From a virus (lineage: Duplodnaviria; Heunggongvirae; Uroviricota; Caudoviricetes), in the IMG/VR virus record IMGVR_UViG_2671180439_000002, positions 1 through 4,910 of that record: 4,910 nucleotides of DNA. One strand, written 5' to 3'. A model generated the notes under the pieces. That model worked only from the letters and a program-made list of their open reading frames with translations. It did not search any database and had not been told where the DNA came from. Made by a program: the position numbers and the translations under genes. Numbering within the stretch: position 1 is the stretch's first letter; each line of letters starts with the position of its first letter. This document shows, one piece after another, positions 1-4,910 of this stretch.

Positions 1-267
1 TGTTCAGCAGATTATCAGGCGCAACTGAAGCGGCATAATCTGCGTGGAAGTATGAGCGCAAAAGGTTGCTGCTACGATAATGCCTGCGTGGAAAGCTTCT
101 TTCATTCGCTGAAAGTGGAATGTATCCATGGAGAACACTTTATCAGCCGGGAAATAATGCGGGCAACGGTGTTTAATTATATCGAATGTGATTACAATCG
201 GTGGCGGCGGCACAGTTGGTGTGGCGGCCTCAGTCCGGAACAATTTGAAAACAAGAACCTCGCTTAG
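1..267 (+). CDS. insF: IS3 transposase OrfB (InsF-type, DDE integrase domain), C-terminal fragment; 5' end outside the window
   Basis: The reading frame is open from nt 1 with no stop until TAG at 265-267; the track ORF 52..267 is the same frame from an internal Met. The C-terminal motif ...[24 protein letters not shown] is characteristic of IS3 OrfB. Confidence 0.85.
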
Positions 268-297
268 GCCTGTGTCCATATTACGTGGGTAGGATCA
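259..297 (+). repeat. IS3 right terminal inverted repeat (IRR), approximate extent
   Basis: The last ~39 bp of the element end in ...CCATATTACGTGGGTAGGATCA at 297, the reverse complement of the TGATCCTACCCACG... type IS3 terminus. The left IR is not in the window, so the extent is from memory of IS3 only. Confidence 0.55.
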
Positions 298-507
298 GTT
301 CAATGTGATTTTTAAGACGTACTTTGAAGTTTTCCATGCATCCTCCATGCAAAGTGAAAACCTGCTGTTAAATCAAAGCAAGTCACAATCCCGGATAGGC
401 TTCATACAAGCCAATCCCCCACAGGGATTGAGTTATGCAAGCGAATCAATCTCAGAGCTTTTAACATGTATGGAGCTTAGAGATATTGTCCGTTAGACCA
501 TATAAGC

Positions 508-984
508 TTAAGCTCTGGCTTTCGTTTGTTTTTTTCCATCTTCCTCCTGCTCTGCCCATCTCCTTATCTTCATCTCTAATGAGTCTAAATATGCTTTAGC
601 ATCGCTATCTACCCAGCCAGGTATACGCTGTCCTTGCTCTAAGAGGACAAAATCAATGATAGCCTTTTTTTCTCTCGAAGCCTTATTATAGAGCTCGTCA
701 ATAGAACCATTTTTAACTATGGGATCTGTTGCGGGCTCACATGTATCAGTTAGCGGGTATCCCTTTAGTCCCCAGTGCTCGGGGCCCACAACATCAGAAA
801 AGTAGTTCCAAAGCTCTGGTAGCTTCTCTTTCGATATGGAGCCTTTATTGATCCAGTCATGGATTGATGGGGGTTTTATTTTGAAATGACGTGCGATTTC
901 CGCCTTACTCTTGGCAGAACCTATTGAAAGCTTCTTGTCTATGGCCTGCTCGATCGCTCGGCCCAATTCTTTACCACTAAGCAT
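508..984 (-). CDS. racR: RacR-like prophage repressor, 158 aa, N-terminal HTH and no S24 peptidase domain
   Basis: ATG at 982-984 (complement) with a GAGGA Shine-Dalgarno upstream; stop TAA at 508-510. The N-terminus carries a CI/XRE-like helix-turn-helix (SKAEIARHFKIKPPSIHDWINKG). It is transcribed divergently from a Cro-like and a CII-like gene, matching the racR-ydaS-ydaT arrangement of the E. coli Rac prophage, and has the same length as K-12 RacR (from memory). Confidence 0.7.
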   Translation of the reverse strand: MLSGKELGRAIEQAIDKKLSIGSAKSKAEIARHFKIKPPSIHDWINKGSISKEKLPELWNYFSDVVGPEHWGLKGYPLTDTCEPATDPIVKNGSIDELYNKASREKKAIIDFVLLEQGQRIPGWVDSDAKAYLDSLEMKIRRWAEQEEDGKKQTKARA

Positions 985-1085
985 TGCCTAATAATCCTCA
1001 TAACCTATAGCTTAGGCAATTCCTATTGATTGTTTATTAGGCTTAGCCTAATATCTGCTTGTGTGGAAATCATAGGAATCCGTTT
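985..1085. promoter_or_regulatory. Divergent promoter/operator region between the repressor gene and the cro-like gene
   Basis: A 101-bp AT-rich intergenic region between divergent start codons. Candidate rightward promoter: -35 TTGATT (1026-1031), 17-bp spacer, -10 TAATAT (1049-1054). The 8-mer GCCTAATA or its complement occurs three times (986-993, 1035-1042, 1046-1053). A second inverted pair is AATTCCTAT (1018-1026) and ATAGGAATC (1072-1080). Confidence 0.5.
1035..1053. promoter_or_regulatory. Candidate operator: perfect 8-3-8 inverted repeat TATTAGGC-tta-GCCTAATA
   Basis: The two arms are exact reverse complements in the sequence. The repeat lies in the spacer and -10 of the putative rightward promoter, where a repressor operator would be expected. 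Confidence 0.5.
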
Positions 1086-1349
1086 ATGAGAAGTAGCCTT
1101 GAAGCAATCAGTGAAGCCTGCCGCATTGTTGGGGGACAAGCCGCTTTGTCAAGGAATCTAGGCATCTCATCACCAACAGTGAATCAATGGACAACGGGCA
1201 TTAGGCAAATACCTGCGGAACGATGTCCTGCGATTGAGAAAGCTACTGGTGGTGCTGTCACCTGCGAAGAGCTTCGTCCTGACATTGACTGGGCCTATTT
1301 AAGAGGTGCAGCAATGCGAAAGCTTAATGTCACTGCATCAAATTTGTAA
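1086..1349 (+). CDS. ydaS: Cro-like HTH regulator of the YdaS family, 87 aa from ATG 1086
   Basis: ATG at 1086 is preceded by AGGA (1074-1077); the track ORF begins at an upstream TTG (1059) with no Shine-Dalgarno, so 1086 is preferred. The motif GGQAALSRNLGISSPTVNQWTTGIRQIPAERCPAIEKATGG is typical of YdaS/Cro-like prophage proteins. Stop TAA at 1347-1349. Confidence 0.7.
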   Translation: MRSSLEAISEACRIVGGQAALSRNLGISSPTVNQWTTGIRQIPAERCPAIEKATGGAVTCEELRPDIDWAYLRGAAMRKLNVTASNL

Positions 1350-1377
1350 CTACCACCCGAGTTTGAAAGGAGTAGGT

Positions 1378-1830
1378 ATGAACCTCAAAGAAGTCGTGAA
1401 ATCTATGTGCAAAGCATATCCAGGTGGGCGCGAAGCAATGGCTGGCGCACTGGGAATGACGGTGACGCAGTTTAACAACAACCTTTACGAGAAAAACGGC
1501 TGTCGTTTCTTCGAAGTCAGCGAACTGGAAGCGATGGAGGACATCTCGAATACATCTCACCTGGCTGAATATTTTGCCCGCCGTCGTGGTGCTCTGCTGG
1601 TGGATGTTCCGCACCTGGAAGAACTGGACCGCGTGGACTTGTTTAGCCGGGCAATGCGTACCTCTGCCGCCAGGGGGCAGGTTGATCAGATTATCGAACA
1701 GGCGCTTGAAGATGGCGTTATTGAAAGGCACGAGGCCGAAGAAATCATGGTGCATCACCGCCGTCACCTGGCAGCTCGTGAAGAAGAGATTGCCGCAATC
1801 ATCACGCTTTTTTCACGCAAAAAGAAGTGA
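1378..1830 (+). CDS. CII-like / YdaT-like prophage regulatory protein, 150 aa
   Basis: ATG at 1378 follows a strong Shine-Dalgarno AAGGAG (1367-1372) with 5-nt spacing; the track ORF from 1306 overlaps the upstream gene and lacks an SD. It sits immediately after the cro-like gene as cII does in lambdoid switches. The N-terminal region (GGREAMAGALGMTVTQFNNNLYEKNG) is HTH-like; the C-terminus is helical and charged. Stop TGA at 1828-1830. Confidence 0.65.
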   Translation: MNLKEVVKSMCKAYPGGREAMAGALGMTVTQFNNNLYEKNGCRFFEVSELEAMEDISNTSHLAEYFARRRGALLVDVPHLEELDRVDLFSRAMRTSAARGQVDQIIEQALEDGVIERHEAEEIMVHHRRHLAAREEEIAAIITLFSRKKK

Positions 1831-1858
1831 CGCCAGCGAGTTGCAGCTCCTGGCGTCG
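1828..1858 (+). other. Stem-loop between the CII-like gene and dam; no U-tract
   Basis: GACGCCAG (1829-1836) pairs with CTGGCGTC (1850-1857), with an inner GAG/CTC pair (1838-1840 with 1847-1849). It overlaps the stop of the upstream gene and the GTG at 1858. No T-run follows, so it is not a canonical intrinsic terminator. Confidence 0.3.
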
Positions 1859-2697
1859 TGGCGTGTCGTTATCAGTGGAGATTACTAACGCATGAACAGT
1901 TTATCAACACAATACCGCAGGTCGCAACTTGTAGCGCGGCCAGTTCCTGGTGGAGCAGGGCCGGTGCAGTTCGTGTAGAGCCATTCGTTGGTGGTGGGTC
2001 GGTATTCCTGAACAGCGAAAAGCACGCAGATTACCTGCTGGCGGACGTTAACCCGGACCTGATTAATCTGTATCAGATGTTAGCGGTCGTGCCGGATGAA
2101 GTGGAATTGAAGGCCCGCTGGATGTTCGAGCACATGCGGTCACCAGAGCGCTATGAGCTGATCCGTTCCGAGTTCAACTCTCAGACGCTGGATGCTACTG
2201 AACGCGCAGCTGCATTCCTGTATCTCAACCGGCATTGCTTCAATGGTCTGATGCGCTACAACCAGGCGAACAAGTTCAATGTGGGCTGGGGAGGCTACAA
2301 GGCTCCGTATTACCCGATGGATGAGATGAAAGCCTTCGCGGCTATGGCGCATAACTGCGTATTCATGACGGCTGATTACCGCCGGACAATCAGCCTGGCC
2401 GGGAAAGGGGATGTGGTTTACTGCGATCCGCCTTACGAACCGATGCCGGGAACAACCGGATTCACCGCCTACGCCGCTGGTGGTTTTAACTGGGAGAACC
2501 AGGTAGACCTGGCGAAGCAATGCGTATCAGCCTTTCACCGTGGGGCTCGGGTAGTGATTTCTAACTCATCTGCACCGAAGGTTCTCGACCTGTACCGGGA
2601 GCATGGTTTTAACCTGCAATTCATCAACGCGCGCCGTTCGATCTCCTGCAAAAGCAGTACGCGGGAAGTCGCAAAAGACGTTGTAGCGATCCTTTAA
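1858..2697 (+). CDS. dam: Dam-family N6-adenine DNA methyltransferase (prophage-borne); 5' end uncertain, possibly frameshifted
   Basis: From ~nt 1973 the translation aligns well with E. coli Dam: VEPFVGGGSVFLN (AdoMet motif I), AFLYLNR, and the catalytic DPPY motif in VVYCDPPYEP. The track start is a GTG (1858) without a Shine-Dalgarno, and the conserved N-terminal KWAGGK-type motif is absent in this frame. An SD-preceded ATG at 1892 is in the +2 frame and hits a stop at 1976-1978. Stop TAA at 2695-2697. Confidence 0.75.
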   Translation: MACRYQWRLLTHEQFINTIPQVATCSAASSWWSRAGAVRVEPFVGGGSVFLNSEKHADYLLADVNPDLINLYQMLAVVPDEVELKARWMFEHMRSPERYELIRSEFNSQTLDATERAAAFLYLNRHCFNGLMRYNQANKFNVGWGGYKAPYYPMDEMKAFAAMAHNCVFMTADYRRTISLAGKGDVVYCDPPYEPMPGTTGFTAYAAGGFNWENQVDLAKQCVSAFHRGARVVISNSSAPKVLDLYREHGFNLQFINARRSISCKSSTREVAKDVVAIL

Positions 2698-2706
2698 GGG
2701 GGCTAA

Positions 2707-3549
2707 ATGAAACTGACTTTACCATTTCCACCGAGCGTAAATAGTTACTGGCGCGCCCCGAGCAAGGGACCGCTGAAAGGCAGGCATCTGGTAAGCGAGA
2801 CAGGGCGCAAGTTCCAGCAGGCAGCGAGAGCGGCGATTATTGAGCAACTGCGGGCCGTTCCCCGGCCATCCTCAGATCTGGCCGAGGTTCACATAAACGT
2901 TGTTGAGGGCGCGGGGCTTGAGCTTGATCCTGATGATGATTCACAGGTTCTTAAAGCGATTGGTGGCGGTCGCCTGCTTAATATTGTCACCTTTACTAAG
3001 TCAGGGACTTACACTCCAACTAAAGGGACGAAAAGAGTGCGGGTGAAAGTTTGGGGAGCGGGGGGAGGTGGCCAGAATGCTCCAGTTAGTGTGGGCGCAT
3101 CTGGAGGTTGTGCTGGTGGATTTTCGGAAGGGTTATTTAATATTTCTGATAACGAAACTATATCTGTGACGATAGGTACTGGTGGCAGTGCTGTTGCTGC
3201 TGGTGTCTCGTCTAAAGGCGGGAATGGTGGTGATACAAGGTTCGGGAGTTTAATCTCAGCTACTGGAGGGAGTGGTGGCGGGGCTACAGTTCCTGCTGGA
3301 GGTATCGGAAGTGGCGGGAACATTTTAAATATTACTGGCGGAATATCTCAAGGTGGTCTGTATTATGGTTCTGATGCTTTTATTGGCGGGGCTGGAGGAT
3401 CTGCATTTTCATCAACGGGTGGCAATGGCCACTTCGGTAGTTCTGGCGATGATGGCGGTTTCCCCGGCTCAGGTGGTGCCGGGGGGAATGGTAACTATTC
3501 ATCAGGAAAAGGAGCGAATGGTTTAGTTTACCTTGAAGAGTTTTCCTGA
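2707..3549 (+). CDS. Chimeric ORF: RusA-like N-terminus (about aa 1-85) fused in frame to a glycine-rich tail-fibre-type domain (about aa 95-280)
   Basis: ATG at 2707 follows AAGGGGG. The N-terminus (LTLPFPPSVNSYWR ... LELDPDDDSQVLKA) resembles RusA (LPWPPSNNRYYR ... DLDNLQKA), but the downstream catalytic Asp region is missing. From ~nt 2975 the ORF is glycine-rich (TYTPTKGTKRVRVKVWGAGGGG ... GANGLVYLEEF), like phage tail-fibre glycine-rich domains. Codon usage becomes A/T-rich at third positions after the junction. Stop TGA at 3547-3549. Confidence 0.6.
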   Translation: MKLTLPFPPSVNSYWRAPSKGPLKGRHLVSETGRKFQQAARAAIIEQLRAVPRPSSDLAEVHINVVEGAGLELDPDDDSQVLKAIGGGRLLNIVTFTKSGTYTPTKGTKRVRVKVWGAGGGGQNAPVSVGASGGCAGGFSEGLFNISDNETISVTIGTGGSAVAAGVSSKGGNGGDTRFGSLISATGGSGGGATVPAGGIGSGGNILNITGGISQGGLYYGSDAFIGGAGGSAFSSTGGNGHFGSSGDDGGFPGSGGAGGNGNYSSGKGANGLVYLEEFS

Positions 3550-4619
3550 TTATTTTTGCTTTGAGCGTCCGCCCTTATTTTTGCTCTAATTTTAATTAGT
3601 GGCTTGTCTATTAATATTACACAAACGATCCCAAGTGCAATTGATATTGGGTAGCCTAATAAAAAGATGGATAAGCCACGATTTTCACCACCAATAGCAA
3701 GCCATGCTAGAAATCCACCAAAATATTGACAAAGAAAAATTGGATAGGCCAGGTCACCAAACCACTTGAGTATTTTCTCAAGATGTATGTTTGTCTTTAT
3801 TTTTAATAATACCAGGGTTGTAAACAATGCTATTACATTATTGGTGTAGTAAAGTATTATGTTGTACTGACCTAATGGATTAATTGTATATAAATGCCAA
3901 TTGGTAATAAAAATCCCGATGCAAATAAATGTTATTAAAAAAGCTTTGTGTGGAGAAAGATACATAGCTTTGAACTTTCTATGGGCAAAATAACCCAGAG
4001 AACCCATGCTAAAAGGAAGTGTTGCAGCAAGGAATGGGAAATACGCCATATCAAAAGAATGGTGTACTACATATACGTAAGCATGATAAAGCAGTGAAAG
4101 CAGAATCGACGTAATGGCTGTAAATTTATTTCGGGCTATGAAAAGCCACAATAAAAAATAACATGTTATCTCAACACCCACTGACCATGATGATGTGACT
4201 ATTCTGAATCTATTACCATCAATAGCAAAGTGATAAATGGATGAAAAGGCACCGAATGGATTTGCTACAGCATTATCAGAAAGGAAAGCCCAGGGGAAGA
4301 TTAAGAGGTTTCCTAATAAATCTCCAGGTAAGAAATTGCCTGTCCAGTTTGAGTGGAATTCCTTTGCGGATGGAATTAATTTTATAATAAGAAAGCCCAT
4401 GACGAGAAAAAATATATATGCCGGGAATAACCTCAGTATTCTATTTTTCCAAAACATAGAGAAGTTGAACTTGTATGTTTCATGCAAAATGTATGTTATT
4501 AAAAAACCACTAATAACATAGAAGCAATTCACTGCAAAGTTGCCAAGTGCAGGTATGCGAGCCGTTAAGTGAAAAGCAATGACGCACGATGCCAAAAAAA
4601 ACCTTATTAGGCCAAGCAT
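3528..4619 (-). CDS. Acyltransferase family 3 integral membrane protein, 363 aa; putative O-antigen/polysaccharide O-acetyltransferase (Oac/OafA-like moron)
   Basis: Highly hydrophobic with multiple predicted TM helices. The N-terminal VIAFH motif and the FWKNRILRLFPAYIFF motif fit the family consensus (conserved His in TM1; RxxRIxPxY loop). The gene is very AT-rich compared with its flanks. ATG at 4617-4619 (complement), stop TAA at 3528-3530 (complement). Confidence 0.75.
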   Translation of the reverse strand: MLGLIRFFLASCVIAFHLTARIPALGNFAVNCFYVISGFLITYILHETYKFNFSMFWKNRILRLFPAYIFFLVMGFLIIKLIPSAKEFHSNWTGNFLPGDLLGNLLIFPWAFLSDNAVANPFGAFSSIYHFAIDGNRFRIVTSSWSVGVEITCYFLLWLFIARNKFTAITSILLSLLYHAYVYVVHHSFDMAYFPFLAATLPFSMGSLGYFAHRKFKAMYLSPHKAFLITFICIGIFITNWHLYTINPLGQYNIILYYTNNVIALFTTLVLLKIKTNIHLEKILKWFGDLAYPIFLCQYFGGFLAWLAIGGENRGLSIFLLGYPISIALGIVCVILIDKPLIKIRAKIRADAQSKNNQENSSR

Positions 4620-4906
4620 TATTTTATCTCCGCGCCAATATCGCGCATTTTATTTATTACATTGTTAAGTTGCTCATCAGACAGAACAAGCTGAGCTGCA
4701 ATATAAAACAGTATGTGTCTTGACATTACCCTGGGGCTCTCTCCGCCAGTGTATTTCCGCCATTGGCTATCGCTGGCTACACCTGCGAGCCCTGCCATTT
4801 GGTTTCCGGAGTAATTTAGTGCGGATTTCAGTCTGGCTAAATCTTCCTGCGTTGGAGGGGTGTATTTATTTATTAAAATCATTCTCTTATTTAACCGTTT
4901 AAACAC
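4619..4906 (-). CDS. Small XRE-type HTH protein (HigA/YiaG-like); start uncertain and frame open to the window edge
   Basis: The HTH-like segment LNYSGNQMAGLAGVASDSQWRKYTGGESPRVMSRHILFYIAAQLVL is typical of XRE regulators. Its stop codon TAA (4619-4621, complement) overlaps the acyltransferase ATG as TAATG. The track start at 4904-4906 is a GTG and the next codon upstream is not a stop, so the true start may be the ATG at 4880-4882 or lie beyond the window. Confidence 0.5.
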   Translation of the reverse strand: MFKRLNKRMILINKYTPPTQEDLARLKSALNYSGNQMAGLAGVASDSQWRKYTGGESPRVMSRHILFYIAAQLVLSDEQLNNVINKMRDIGAEIK

Positions 4907-4910
4907 GTAA

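Larger units (their letters stand above)
1..297 (+). mobile_element. IS3 insertion sequence, right-hand ~297 bp only; the rest of the element lies upstream of the window
   Basis: Frame-1 translation from position 1 ([47 protein letters not shown]...[16 protein letters not shown]) matches the C-terminus of IS3 OrfB as I recall it. The sequence after the stop, TAGGCCTGTGTCCATATTACGTGGGTAGGATCA ending at 297, matches the IS3 right terminus from memory. Confidence 0.85.

Noticed and set aside
4-279. 91-aa ORF on the minus strand
   Set aside because: It lies entirely antisense to the well-conserved IS3 transposase reading frame and has no recognisable motifs; taken as a shadow ORF.
412-430. 7-bp hairpin CAATCCC-ccaca-GGGATTG as a possible terminator downstream of the repressor gene
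   Set aside because: It is short and no U-tract follows on either strand. It may be incidental.
305-496. 63-aa ORF on the plus strand between IS3 and the repressor gene
   Set aside because: No Shine-Dalgarno, no recognisable domain, and it sits in a region that looks like degraded DNA left by the IS3 insertion. It cannot be excluded as a small gene, but nothing supports it.
504-537. Possible intrinsic terminator (AGCTTAAGCT palindrome followed by a T-run)
   Set aside because: The palindrome has no loop and would form only a 3-4 bp stem. The T-run is the lysine-rich C-terminal coding sequence of the repressor on the opposite strand, so it is not a convincing terminator.
1306-1377. Upstream extension of the cII-like ORF (track start at 1306)
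   Set aside because: It would overlap the 3' end of the cro-like gene and has no ribosome-binding site, whereas ATG 1378 has a strong AAGGAG with ideal spacing.
1330-1767. 145-aa ORF on the minus strand
   Set aside because: Antisense to the cII-like gene; the composition (His, Phe, Arg-rich) is typical of a shadow frame.
1574-1888. 104-aa ORF in an alternative plus frame
   Set aside because: It overlaps the cII-like gene out of frame and is rich in Trp/Arg/Cys, as off-frame ORFs usually are.
2140-2520. 126-aa ORF on the minus strand
   Set aside because: Antisense to the conserved Dam core, so a shadow ORF.
3009-3323. 104-aa proline-rich ORF on the minus strand
   Set aside because: The proline richness is the mirror image of the Gly codons (GGN read as NCC) of the glycine-rich domain on the plus strand; an artefact of the low-complexity region.
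3050-3520. Possible CRISPR array or tandem DNA repeat in the G-rich stretch
   Set aside because: The repetition is at the amino-acid level (GGxGG motifs) with varied codons. There are no regular direct repeats with spacers, so it is a coding low-complexity region and not a CRISPR array.
4237-4521. 94-aa ORF on the plus strand
   Set aside because: It lies inside and antisense to the acyltransferase gene, and its AT-rich, Lys/Asn/Ile-heavy composition is a product of the low-GC region.
4720-4902. 60-aa ORF on the plus strand
   Set aside because: Antisense to the HTH ORF, which has a recognisable helix-turn-helix motif; the plus-strand product is Trp/Cys/Arg-rich and featureless.

Overview
This window looks like a mosaic accessory region from a degraded Rac-like lambdoid prophage of an E. 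coli/Shigella-type genome. All family assignments are from reading motifs in the supplied translations; no search was run, so they need checking by homology search. 1-297: right end of an IS3 element (transposase OrfB C-terminus, terminal inverted repeat ending at 297). 508-1830: prophage immunity switch, with a RacR-like repressor on the minus strand, a divergent operator/promoter region carrying 8-bp inverted-repeat half-sites, a Cro-like YdaS homologue and a CII-like/YdaT-like protein. 1858-2697: Dam-family N6-adenine DNA methyltransferase with an anomalous 5' end (possible frameshift or deletion). 2707-3549: a chimeric ORF, RusA-like for its first ~85 codons and then a glycine-rich tail-fibre-type domain with different codon usage, most likely a deletion or recombination scar. 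3528-4619 (minus): AT-rich acyltransferase-3 family membrane protein, a putative O-antigen O-acetyltransferase moron, coupled through a TAATG overlap to a small XRE-type HTH ORF (4619-4906) that runs to the window edge. No tRNA, rRNA or CRISPR array was seen. I found no clearly novel multi-gene system; the most unusual items are the chimeric ORF and the HTH-acyltransferase pair.
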